Origin: an uncultured Planctomycetia bacterium | Lineage (GTDB): Bacteria > Omnitrophota > Gorgyraeia > 1-14-0-20-64-10 | NCBI GenBank assembly: GCA_964597545.1 | Contig: CAZQXN010000009.1 | Location: 16-64,015, forward strand | Length of the DNA: 64,000 nucleotides | Direction: 5' to 3' | Shown here: positions 27,361 to 36,249 of the stretch, piece by piece | Layout: each line of letters opens with the position of its first letter | How positions within the stretch are numbered: the stretch's first letter is position 1 | Program-made: the position numbers and the translations under genes | The notes under the pieces: model-generated | Told to the model about the DNA's origin: nothing | The model's input: only the letters and a program-made list of their open reading frames with translations | Databases searched by the model: none

Positions 27361-29106
27361 ATGGCTACCTATCGTTTTGACGGGTTGATCGTGGGTGCGG
27401 GCGGGGCTGGGCTCATGGCTGCTCTACAGGCCAGCCAAGGGTCTTCTTCAGATTCCGGTCCTAAGATTGCGGTCCTTTCGAAGCTCTATCCTACCCGCTC
27501 CCATACCGGCACAGCCCAAGGGGGAATCGGGGCTGCCCTGGGCAATTCCGAGGAGGATCGCTGGGAGTGGCACGTCTTTGATACGGTCAAGGGATCTGAT
27601 TATTTGGCCGATCAAGATGCGGTGGAGACGATGTGCCGCGAGGCGGTCGACACTGTCTATGAACTTGAGCACATGGGGTTGCCATTCTCCCGCACCCCTG
27701 AAGGCAAGATTGCCCAGCGGCCTTTTGGCGGGCACACCAAAGAATTCGGAAAGGCCCCGGTCCGCCGCTCCTGCTATGCTGCGGATCGAACCGGCCACAT
27801 GATCCTGCAGACCCTTTACCAGCAGTGCATCAAGCAGGGGGTCACTTTTTTTGATGAATTCCATGTGGTGGATCTTTTGGTTCAGGATGGGGTGACCTGC
27901 GGTGTCGTGGCCGTTGAGATTGCCACCGGCGAGCTCCACACCTTTCATGCCAAGGCGGTTCTCTTTGCCACCGGTGGCTGCGGCCGGATGTTTAAGATTA
28001 CCTCCAACGCTTTGACCCTCACCGGCGATGGCATGGGGGTGGTGCTTGAGCGGGGTCTCCCCTTAGAGGATATGGAGTTCTTCCAGTTTCACCCGACCGG
28101 CATCTACAAGATGGGGATTTTGATCACCGAAGCAGCGCGCGGGGAAGGGGGGATACTGCGCAACAAGGGCGGCGAGCAGTTCATGGAGCGTTATGCGCCC
28201 ACCCTTCTGGATCTAGCTCCGCGGGACATGGTCTCCAGGGCGATCACCCAAGAGATCAGAGAAGGGCGCGGAATTGATGGAAAGGGGTATGTGACGCTGG
28301 ACCTTACACACCTTGCCCCTAAATTGATTCAGGAGAAGCTTCCGGACATCTCAGAGTTCGTCAAAACCTATATCGGAATTGATCCTACCCGGCAGCCCAT
28401 ACCGGTCCAGCCGACGGCCCATTATGCGATGGGGGGAATCCCCACCAATGCAGATGGCGAGGTGGTCGTAAACGGTCAACAGCAGGTCATGCCCGGGCTC
28501 TATGCTGCCGGGGAGTGCGCCTGCGTGTCAGTGCATGGAGCCAATCGCTTGGGAACCAATTCCCTGGTGGACATTATTGTCTTTGGGCGGCGCGGCGGCA
28601 GGGCGCTGCGTGCCTTCGCTGAGAAGACCGATTGGCCCAGGCTGCCAAAAGACCCCCAAGGCCAACTCAGAGGTCGATTAGAGAAGCTGCGCAGCGGCGC
28701 AGGCTCTGAATCTGCCGCCCAAATTCGCCAGAGCCTTCAGACAGAAATGATGGATCACTGTTCGGTTTTAAGAACTCAGAAGGGTTTGGAACAGGTGCAG
28801 GGGGTGATCCGACAGCTTAAAGAGCGCTACAGCCATGTTCAGCTGCAGGACAAGGGAATGAGGTTTAATTCGGAGCTCTTGGAGGCATTGGAGTTGAAGC
28901 ATCTGCTTGGCCTTTCCCAGGTCACGGTTGCCGCTGCTCTGGCTCGGACCGAATCACGCGGTGCCCACTACCGGGAGGATTTCCCAGAGCGGGATGATGC
29001 CAAGTGGCTTAAGCACTCCCTCTGCCGCCTGGAAGGTAATCAAGTGTCGATGGAGAGCCGCCCGGTTGTGATCACCCGCTTTGAGCCCAAGGAGCGGAAG
29101 TACTGA
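27361..29106 (+). CDS. sdhA: succinate dehydrogenase / fumarate reductase flavoprotein subunit
   Basis: FAD-binding GAGGAGL, covalent-FAD His region (SHTGTAQGG), RSHTV/active-site HPTG and RGEGG motifs. Confidence 0.9.
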   Translation: MATYRFDGLIVGAGGAGLMAALQASQGSSSDSGPKIAVLSKLYPTRSHTGTAQGGIGAALGNSEEDRWEWHVFDTVKGSDYLADQDAVETMCREAVDTVYELEHMGLPFSRTPEGKIAQRPFGGHTKEFGKAPVRRSCYAADRTGHMILQTLYQQCIKQGVTFFDEFHVVDLLVQDGVTCGVVAVEIATGELHTFHAKAVLFATGGCGRMFKITSNALTLTGDGMGVVLERGLPLEDMEFFQFHPTGIYKMGILITEAARGEGGILRNKGGEQFMERYAPTLLDLAPRDMVSRAITQEIREGRGIDGKGYVTLDLTHLAPKLIQEKLPDISEFVKTYIGIDPTRQPIPVQPTAHYAMGGIPTNADGEVVVNGQQQVMPGLYAAGECACVSVHGANRLGTNSLVDIIVFGRRGGRALRAFAEKTDWPRLPKDPQGQLRGRLEKLRSGAGSESAAQIRQSLQTEMMDHCSVLRTQKGLEQVQGVIRQLKERYSHVQLQDKGMRFNSELLEALELKHLLGLSQVTVAAALARTESRGAHYREDFPERDDAKWLKHSLCRLEGNQVSMESRPVVITRFEPKERKY

Positions 29107-29807
29107 TGAAGGTCACCTTTAAAATTCGCCGCTTTGATCCTGAAAGGGATGCCAAACCCCATTGGAAGGCTTACACCGTTGAGCTTGAGCCAACCGATCG
29201 GGTGCTCGACGGTTTAGAGGCGATCAAGAATCAGTTGGATGGCACCCTGACCTTTCGGCGTTCCTGCGCGCACGGGGTGTGCGGATCAGACGCCATGATG
29301 ATCAACGGCAGAAATCGCTTAGCCTGCAAGCTGTTGGTCAAGGATGTGCGCCAACCGATCACCCTGGAACCCTTGATGCGCTTTAAAGTGGAAAAGGACT
29401 TGGTCGTTGATATGGAGCAGTTCTTTGCCCAGTACCGCTCGGTAAAGCCTTACCTTATGGATGCCGAAACCCCGCCGCAGAAGGAGCGGCTGCAGTCTCC
29501 TGAACAGCGGCAGCGCTTTGACGATACCACCAAGTGTATCCTCTGCGCAGCCTGCACCACCAGCTGCCCCTCTTTTTGGACCAATCCCGATTATGTGGGA
29601 CCGGCCGCTGTGGTTCAGGCCCACCGCTTCATCTTTGACAGTCGGGATGACGGGCAAGGGGAGCGGCTTAAGCTCCTCAATGAGCAAGCGGGGGTTTGGC
29701 GCTGCCGAACGATTTTCAACTGTGCTGAAGCCTGCCCCCGCGACATCAATGTTACCCGCGCTATCGGCGAGATCAAACTCGCCCTCACCAAGAAAAAGCC
29801 CAAGTAA
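29106..29807 (+). CDS. sdhB: succinate dehydrogenase iron-sulfur subunit
   Basis: 2Fe-2S (CAHGVCGSDAMMINGRNRLAC), 4Fe-4S and 3Fe-4S cysteine clusters (CILCAACTTSCP ... CRTIFNCAEACP). Confidence 0.9.
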   Translation: MKVTFKIRRFDPERDAKPHWKAYTVELEPTDRVLDGLEAIKNQLDGTLTFRRSCAHGVCGSDAMMINGRNRLACKLLVKDVRQPITLEPLMRFKVEKDLVVDMEQFFAQYRSVKPYLMDAETPPQKERLQSPEQRQRFDDTTKCILCAACTTSCPSFWTNPDYVGPAAVVQAHRFIFDSRDDGQGERLKLLNEQAGVWRCRTIFNCAEACPRDINVTRAIGEIKLALTKKKPK

Positions 29808-29865
29808 CCCCCTTCATTTTAGCCGGTTTGGCAACATTAGGTGTAGATAAATGTAGTTATTTACC

Positions 29866-29894
29866 TTGAAGTTAAGCAAAACTTAAGCCATACT
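29866..29894 (+). promoter_or_regulatory. candidate promoter TTGAAG-N17-CATACT in an AT-rich 97-bp spacer upstream of the giant ORF
   Basis: Read directly; this is the only markedly AT-rich stretch in this part of the window. The spacer also contains the CTTAAG-containing direct repeats AAGTTAAGC and AACTTAAGC. Confidence 0.3.
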
Positions 29895-29904
29895 TTAACT
29901 AACC

Positions 29905-32900
29905 ATGCGCATGTTCAACGCCAGACGAATAATCCACATATTGCTTATCCTTGCCTTTTCGTGCACAGAGGCACAGGCTCTGCGACAGGTCAGTCCCAAG
30001 CAGTCGGATGGGGTCCGGCAGGAGTTAGCCGCCGGCTTGGAGGAGACAGCAACTCAGAACGTTACAGAACTCATCCACCGCGAGGGCAAAACAAACGCTC
30101 TTTTTCCGGGTACCCGGGTGGTCAATCTTATCGCCGAGGAGGATGACCCTGTTTTTATTAGAGGTGTTCAATACGAAGCAGAAGTGAATAATGGACTGCG
30201 CAGGCTGAATCAGACAGGGTTTTTCTGGGTGACGAATGGTTCTGGGCGGCTTGAGCTTGGCGCTACCTCAGAACCGATCAGATACGGGAAGATCATATAT
30301 CTTCCCAGGGACATCTATTTTAGAGTTGTTCCCAACTTTGGCCCTGGGCAGCCCCCGCTAGAGCTTCTTCAGATCTTTCCGTGCCGCCCTGAGTCATTTC
30401 GGCTTTCCAAAAGCGTTACCCCAGAACAAGCCAACACCGCAGAGGCATTGGAAGGCTGCCTTGGCTACTCATCGGGCGAGGTTGACGATGTAATCCTCAA
30501 TTTCTCGCCCAAAATGGATGGGCTGGATGTTGTCCGCTACCGCAGCTCAAGCACCAGACCCACCCTCATGCTGGATGCTTCTGAGCACCCGAGTGTCCTT
30601 GTTGCCATGTCCGGCACAGCCAGGGTCAAAGGCAAAGTCAACACGCAGGATTGGGAAAGAATCCTCACAGAGGGTGATGTGCGCCGCTTGCCTGTTTTTG
30701 ATGGTCCCTTCTCGATTTCCGGTGATCGGATCATCGTTTTGGCCATTGGACCTGAAGATTCTGTTGGGCCCAAGACCCAAGATGGGCTGAACGCCTTAAT
30801 TAAAGTTGCTCCTCCGCCGACTCAGCCGCTTTCATTCCGAATGGCAGATGTTTATGTTGTAGGGGGTGCTGGCGACATCCCTTCCTCGACTGAGCGCTTG
30901 CCATCTGAAAGAGGTGATTTTGCTGCTGCAGATCTTGGAGGGGGTCAGGCGGACTCGACATCAATCGATCAAAGAGCGCTGGCTGATGCCGAAGAAGACG
31001 ATGAGGGTGGTCCAGCCGCAGAGGAAGAGGAAGGAGAGGCAGCACTTAAAGCAGCTCGCAAGACTGCTGCAAGAAGACCATCCGCAAAAGCCGGGGAGCC
31101 CTCTGTGGCGAAGGCAACCAAGCAACCAAAAAGGAAAGCCCCCAAGAAGAGCTTTGAAGAAAAGGCTGGTTTGCGCAAGATGCTTCGCAAAAAAGGCAGA
31201 TACGGCGGAGTTGCAGTAGGCTTCACCGAACCGCTCGAGTTCTTAAACGGCATGGAGGTGGCTGAGCAGCACATCGCGCACCGCCAGCTTGCTGCCGCGC
31301 TCTCCGCCGAGGAAGGAATAGCGTCTTTACACGTTTTAAGTCCCGCCAAGGGCGGGGAGCAATGGCTAGAGTTTGCGATTCCAAAACGGCAACCCGAGGA
31401 GCTGATTGCTTCTGTTCGGGATTTGTTGCCGCAGGGGCCTGAATATATCCTGCTGGAGGCAGATGAGGGGCACTTCTGGCTCATGCCGCAGGCTGTTTTC
31501 TGGAGGCCTTCAACGGAAGGCCAAAGGCAGAGGTTCAAAGAGCTCGTTAGGCGGACTGAACTCGGAGAAGGAAGGAGGCAGGTACAGGCTTTCCAGAGCC
31601 TGCTCAATCGGTTCTCTGAAGAAGGGGGTGTGCCCCTCACAGGGGGTGTGCGGATGCGTGTTTCCTCCTGGTATAAATTTTTTCTTTTCAGCTCAGCGCT
31701 TCAACCTGGTACGCGGGTAGGGTCTGTGCTTGCGCTACCTAGTCAATATAAACACCAAGCAGTTCATGTCGTGCCGAGGCAAGAGGAAGGAAGGCTGGTC
31801 TTGTCTGTTTATGGATTGTCCCCTTTTCGGCTAATCCACTCTTATAGCCGCGATGCTGATTCCGGATACTACACTTTGGCAGGGACCGTCATAGGGGACA
31901 AGGTTGCCTCCCTGCCAGATGCATCCCAGAAGGCTTTTCCTGCAGTCGACGAGTCGCGCGGCTATAAACGCTCTGAGCTTTCGAAGGTGACCGGTTTGCC
32001 AAACCCCTTGCTCAACCGCCTAGAGAAACGAGGGGTGGTTTATCTGGACTCCGCTCAATTGGTACCGGGCTGGCTGGTTGCTCTATTGGCCGGGGCTTCG
32101 AGGGAGGCGGACAAGAAGATATACCCCATCAGCGGTCTTACTCTTTTCCTGAGTCTCACCAGGCACGCTGCCGATCGGGCGTGGAGGGTCTCAGGGCTGC
32201 CTGCGATTGAGCAGCCCGGAGAGCAGAAGATGCTAGCGCGCGAAACAGTTTTGGAGATCGTGCTTACCTATCGCTTTAAAGACAAGGTAGAGGAATTGGC
32301 CGGCCCTTATCTGGATTGGCGGGCGGCAGCCAAAAGGCTGAAAATAAAAAGTACCGTACTAAAGTCCTGGCCGACCGTTGCTCAGAGAGTTCCAGTCTCT
32401 AATGGATTTCCTCTCTGGGTGGCCTCTGGTTCGGTGCACCGGATTACCCACCTTGGAGTTGAGGGGCTTCTTGAGGCGGAGCAGGAGGCGGTGCAAGCCG
32501 CAGAAGAACAAGGCAAGAGAGTCCTTTTTCATGCCGCTCAGAAGCGCTTTCCTGACGATTTGGTTTCAAAGCAGATTCTGTTGTATCGGCGGATGTTCCG
32601 GGCAGCGAAGGAACTTGGCATCCCTCTGGAGGTGCTCGAGCACCCCCTTGCCCCGGTTCAAACGCGCTACATCGTTCCCCAGGGACGCTTGGAAGAGATC
32701 TTTCATGAGGTTGATCACCCGATGGCCTGGACTCCTAGGAATATTCAGACGGGGTCCAGCTATATCATGAGCTCAGCTGCGCGGGTACTGGGCTTTAGAA
32801 ACGGAACTGTGGCGAAAAACTGGCTCACGGGCGAGCATCCCGAAGTTAACCTTGCGCAGGAGCTTGGGCATTCTTGGGTGTCGGGCGCCGATCTCATTCG

Positions 32901-35900
32901 CGTTGCAGAGGAAAAAGCTTCTTCCTCCGGCCAAGAAGAGGGTGGCCTGGAAGAGACAGCAACCCAGAATGTTTCGGAGTTGCTGTACCGGGAGGGCCGG
33001 ATAAGCGCTCTGGCTCCGGGCGTCAAGGAGTTCAACCTTATTGCCAAAGCGGGCGACCCTGCCTTCGTAAGGGTGGTCCGATACGAACCTGGGGAGGGCA
33101 ATGGGCTGCGCAGGCTAAACCAGCCAGGACTTTTTTGGGTGGCAGGTGGCTCTGGGCAGCTTGAGTTGGGTGCTACCTCAGGACCAATCTCTGCAGGGCA
33201 GATCATCTATATGCCCAGCGATGTCTATTTTAGAGTAATTCCCAGCGCTACTCCCGGGCAGCCCCCCTTGGATCTTCTTCAGATATTTCCGCGCCGCCCA
33301 GATTCACTTTGGCCTCCCAAGGGCGCTTCCCCCGAGACAGTCAACAGCGAAGAGGCATTGGCAGGCTGTCGCCTCTACTCCTGGGGCGGACCTGAGGATA
33401 CAATCGTCAATTTCTCGCCCAAGATGGATGGGTTGGATGTCGTCCGCTACCGCAGCTCGAGCGTCACACCCACCCTCATGCTGGATGCCTCTGATCATCC
33501 CAGAGTCCTTGTTGTTATGTCTGGTAGGGCTCGGATTCGGAGCCAGGTTAACCAAGATAACTGGAACAGGCTCCTGTCAGATGGAGACTTAATCCGTCTT
33601 CCGGCGACTGAGCACCCCCTCTCGATCTCCGGAGATCCAGTCACCCTCCTCGCCATCGGACCTAAAGATTCCATTGAGCCCAAGGCAATCGAGGCGCTGG
33701 GCAGGTTGACCGCCGCCCATCCGCCAGTTCAGCCGATGACATTCCAAGTGGTGGACAGCTTTGTTGCGGGAGGTGTTGGTGATTTTTCCGGGCGCGGAAG
33801 TGAGCGCATGCCCTCTGAGACAGGTGATTTTGCTGCAGTCGACCTTGCGGGGGGGCGGGCAGATGTGGCAGCGGTCGATCAAAGAACGCTGGCAGATGCC
33901 GAGCAGGAAGATGACTCTGCGGCAACCGAACCGGACAAAGAGGAGGAGAAGGCACTCAAGGCAGTTCGCAAGACTGCGGCAAAGAAGCCATCCAAGAGAG
34001 CCAGTGAACCTTCTGCAGCGAAGCCAACAAGGAAACCAAAGAAAAGAGTTTCCAGGAGGAGCTTCGAAGAACAATCTGGAGTACGCAAGATGCTTCGTAG
34101 GACTGGGCGTTCCGGCGCAGTCGCAGACGGTTTCACCAAACCGCTTGAGTTCTTAAACGGTATGACGGTCGTTGGGCAGCATATTGCCCACCGCAGGCTT
34201 GCCGTCGCCCTTTCTTCCCACGAAGAAATGGTTTCTCTGCACGTTCTCAATTCCGTCAGGGGCAGAGATCAATGGATGGAATTTGCGGTTCCAGAAAAGC
34301 AGCGAGGGGAGTTGTTCGCCTCTGTTCGTGGCCAGCTATTACCGGGTTTTGAGTATATCTTGCTGCAGGCAGATGAGGGCCATTACTGGCTTATGCCGCA
34401 AAGTGTTTTCTGGAGAACCTCTGCGGGGGGCCAAAGAGACAAGCTTAGAAAACTCCTTAAGCTTGCAGAGTTTGAGGAGGGGGAACGCCAAGAAAAAGGC
34501 CTTGATCGGTTGCTTAAGCAATTTTCCGAAGAAGAAGGCGAACCACTAACGAGAGGGGTTCGGATACGTGTTACGGCCGATTACCAAGCCTACCTCTTTA
34601 AGCTGGCGCTGGAGAGTGGCCGCTATTGGTCCGCCTACCTCACCGTGCCCATTGCTTACCGGCATCAAGTGATTCATGTTGTGCCGAGGTTGGGGGAGGA
34701 GGGGGTGGTGTTGAATGTTTACGGACTGTCTCCCTACAGGCTGGTTCAATCTTTTAGTTGGAATGCGGGCTCCAGAAGATACAAGGCACTTGAAACGGCC
34801 TTAGAGAGGCGGATTGCATTTGCGCCGGATATCGCCGAGAAGAAACTTCCTCAGATTGAAGCGGCGCGCGGATATGAGCGTTCTGAGCTTGCGAAGGTGA
34901 GCGGATTGCCCAACAGACTGCTTAGCCGATTGGAGAGTCAGGGTATTGTGTATCTGGATTCCTCTAACTTGGTGCCTGGGTGGCTGGTTGCATTATTGGC
35001 AGAGGCTTCTAGGGAAGTGGACAAAGCCGAATATCCCGCTTCTGCTCTAAGCGTTTTGTTGGGGCTTGAGAACGAGACTGCGGTGCAGTTGTGGAGGCGT
35101 TCGGGGCTGCCCAGTATCCGGGCGTCTCGGCAGCGGAACTTGCTGTCGCGTGAGGTGGTTCTGGAGCTTGTGATTACGCGGCGCTTCCAGGATGAAGTAG
35201 AGAAATTGGCCGGCCCTTATCAGGAATGGAGAGCAGCAGGCAAGAAGCTGTCGATCGGTGCCCACCCCCTTTCTTCTTGGCCGTCTATCGCCCAAACCGT
35301 TCCTGTCTTTAAGGGTTTTCCGCTTTGGGTGAAATATAGGTCATGGCACCGTCTCACTCACCTTGGGTTTGAGGGGCTTGTCGAGGCGGAGCAGGAGGCA
35401 GTGCAGGTTATTCAGGATGCGGGTAAAGCGGTTCTCTGGAGTGCGGTTCAGGATCGTTACCAGAGGAAGCCGCGCAGTAATTTCCTCGCACAGTATTCCC
35501 GAGCTTTTCAAGCGGCAATGGAACTCAATATTCCCGTTGAGGAGCTTGAGCACCCCCTTGCTCCGGTTCAAACGCGGTATGTGGTTCCCCAAGAACGTCT
35601 GGATGAGGTCTTTAATGAGGTGGATGAGCCGACAGCTTGGACCACAAAGACAGTCCTATCGGAGGGATGGTATGCGCTCTCATCTGTCAGGCAGGCGCTG
35701 GGATTGACTGAAGGGGCTCTGAAGCGACGGGTCTACGCAGGAGCCCTTGGTGATTTCAAAAAGATAGAAGGCAAGCTTTGGGTATCGGGAGCCGGCATCC
35801 TTCAGTATGCCGAGAATCAACCATCCCGCTCCGGCCTCGAGGAAAACAACCTGGATGCGCGGGTCGCCCGGATGCAGCGGCGCCTTGGCCAGGAAAGAGC

Positions 35901-36249
35901 AGATGTCGTTCTGGGCCCAGTCTACGGTCTTTTGTCAGACTACCACTCTTCCCGTATCCATGATGCTCCGAAGCTTTTCGACCAATATGTGGATTTGGTC
36001 TCTGAAACCTTCTCCGACGATGCGGGGTCTGTCTTCTGGGTCACCTTGCAGACCTTGCGCCACCTAGAGACCCTAGACGGCATCGCCTCCCCAGAAACAG
36101 TCCTTCGGCAAGCCCTAGAGCAGTTCAGCGGCCCCCAAGAACCTCTCAACTGGGACAACTTCTCCCAATTTGAACCCCCCTGGAATTCCTTCAAGGGTAT
36201 ACTCTCTTGTGCGAGAATTTGGACCCTCAGGGCGTCGCCAGAGCGCTGA
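29905..36249 (+). CDS. giant (2114-aa) protein with a signal-peptide-like N-terminus and two tandem ~970-aa modules; function unknown
   Basis: Single uninterrupted ORF. N-terminus MRMFNARRIIHILLILAFSCTEAQA has the n/h/c regions of a signal peptide with an AQA site. Residues 44-1013 and 1014-1980 are clearly homologous to each other. I recognise no characterised family. Confidence 0.8.
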   Translation: MRMFNARRIIHILLILAFSCTEAQALRQVSPKQSDGVRQELAAGLEETATQNVTELIHREGKTNALFPGTRVVNLIAEEDDPVFIRGVQYEAEVNNGLRRLNQTGFFWVTNGSGRLELGATSEPIRYGKIIYLPRDIYFRVVPNFGPGQPPLELLQIFPCRPESFRLSKSVTPEQANTAEALEGCLGYSSGEVDDVILNFSPKMDGLDVVRYRSSSTRPTLMLDASEHPSVLVAMSGTARVKGKVNTQDWERILTEGDVRRLPVFDGPFSISGDRIIVLAIGPEDSVGPKTQDGLNALIKVAPPPTQPLSFRMADVYVVGGAGDIPSSTERLPSERGDFAAADLGGGQADSTSIDQRALADAEEDDEGGPAAEEEEGEAALKAARKTAARRPSAKAGEPSVAKATKQPKRKAPKKSFEEKAGLRKMLRKKGRYGGVAVGFTEPLEFLNGMEVAEQHIAHRQLAAALSAEEGIASLHVLSPAKGGEQWLEFAIPKRQPEELIASVRDLLPQGPEYILLEADEGHFWLMPQAVFWRPSTEGQRQRFKELVRRTELGEGRRQVQAFQSLLNRFSEEGGVPLTGGVRMRVSSWYKFFLFSSALQPGTRVGSVLALPSQYKHQAVHVVPRQEEGRLVLSVYGLSPFRLIHSYSRDADSGYYTLAGTVIGDKVASLPDASQKAFPAVDESRGYKRSELSKVTGLPNPLLNRLEKRGVVYLDSAQLVPGWLVALLAGASREADKKIYPISGLTLFLSLTRHAADRAWRVSGLPAIEQPGEQKMLARETVLEIVLTYRFKDKVEELAGPYLDWRAAAKRLKIKSTVLKSWPTVAQRVPVSNGFPLWVASGSVHRITHLGVEGLLEAEQEAVQAAEEQGKRVLFHAAQKRFPDDLVSKQILLYRRMFRAAKELGIPLEVLEHPLAPVQTRYIVPQGRLEEIFHEVDHPMAWTPRNIQTGSSYIMSSAARVLGFRNGTVAKNWLTGEHPEVNLAQELGHSWVSGADLIRVAEEKASSSGQEEGGLEETATQNVSELLYREGRISALAPGVKEFNLIAKAGDPAFVRVVRYEPGEGNGLRRLNQPGLFWVAGGSGQLELGATSGPISAGQIIYMPSDVYFRVIPSATPGQPPLDLLQIFPRRPDSLWPPKGASPETVNSEEALAGCRLYSWGGPEDTIVNFSPKMDGLDVVRYRSSSVTPTLMLDASDHPRVLVVMSGRARIRSQVNQDNWNRLLSDGDLIRLPATEHPLSISGDPVTLLAIGPKDSIEPKAIEALGRLTAAHPPVQPMTFQVVDSFVAGGVGDFSGRGSERMPSETGDFAAVDLAGGRADVAAVDQRTLADAEQEDDSAATEPDKEEEKALKAVRKTAAKKPSKRASEPSAAKPTRKPKKRVSRRSFEEQSGVRKMLRRTGRSGAVADGFTKPLEFLNGMTVVGQHIAHRRLAVALSSHEEMVSLHVLNSVRGRDQWMEFAVPEKQRGELFASVRGQLLPGFEYILLQADEGHYWLMPQSVFWRTSAGGQRDKLRKLLKLAEFEEGERQEKGLDRLLKQFSEEEGEPLTRGVRIRVTADYQAYLFKLALESGRYWSAYLTVPIAYRHQVIHVVPRLGEEGVVLNVYGLSPYRLVQSFSWNAGSRRYKALETALERRIAFAPDIAEKKLPQIEAARGYERSELAKVSGLPNRLLSRLESQGIVYLDSSNLVPGWLVALLAEASREVDKAEYPASALSVLLGLENETAVQLWRRSGLPSIRASRQRNLLSREVVLELVITRRFQDEVEKLAGPYQEWRAAGKKLSIGAHPLSSWPSIAQTVPVFKGFPLWVKYRSWHRLTHLGFEGLVEAEQEAVQVIQDAGKAVLWSAVQDRYQRKPRSNFLAQYSRAFQAAMELNIPVEELEHPLAPVQTRYVVPQERLDEVFNEVDEPTAWTTKTVLSEGWYALSSVRQALGLTEGALKRRVYAGALGDFKKIEGKLWVSGAGILQYAENQPSRSGLEENNLDARVARMQRRLGQERADVVLGPVYGLLSDYHSSRIHDAPKLFDQYVDLVSETFSDDAGSVFWVTLQTLRHLETLDGIASPETVLRQALEQFSGPQEPLNWDNFSQFEPPWNSFKGILSCARIWTLRASPER
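30034..32943 (+). repeat. module 1 of the intragenic tandem duplication (970 codons)
   Basis: Begins GLEETATQNVTELIHREGK and ends ...SSSGQEEG; aligns colinearly with module 2. Confidence 0.8.
32944..35844 (+). repeat. module 2 of the intragenic tandem duplication (967 codons)
   Basis: Begins GLEETATQNVSELLYREGR and ends ...SRSGLEE; roughly 55-60% identical to module 1 by eye. Confidence 0.8.

Noticed and set aside
29828-29845. Sigma-54-like TGGCAA-N5-GGTG upstream of the giant ORF
   Set aside because: It lacks the TTGC -12 element. The resemblance is limited to the TGGCA part.
32055-32066. GGTACCGGGC inside the giant ORF resembling a repeat half-site
   Set aside because: It simply encodes LVPGWLV and is conserved at the protein level in both modules. 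There is no partner arm.
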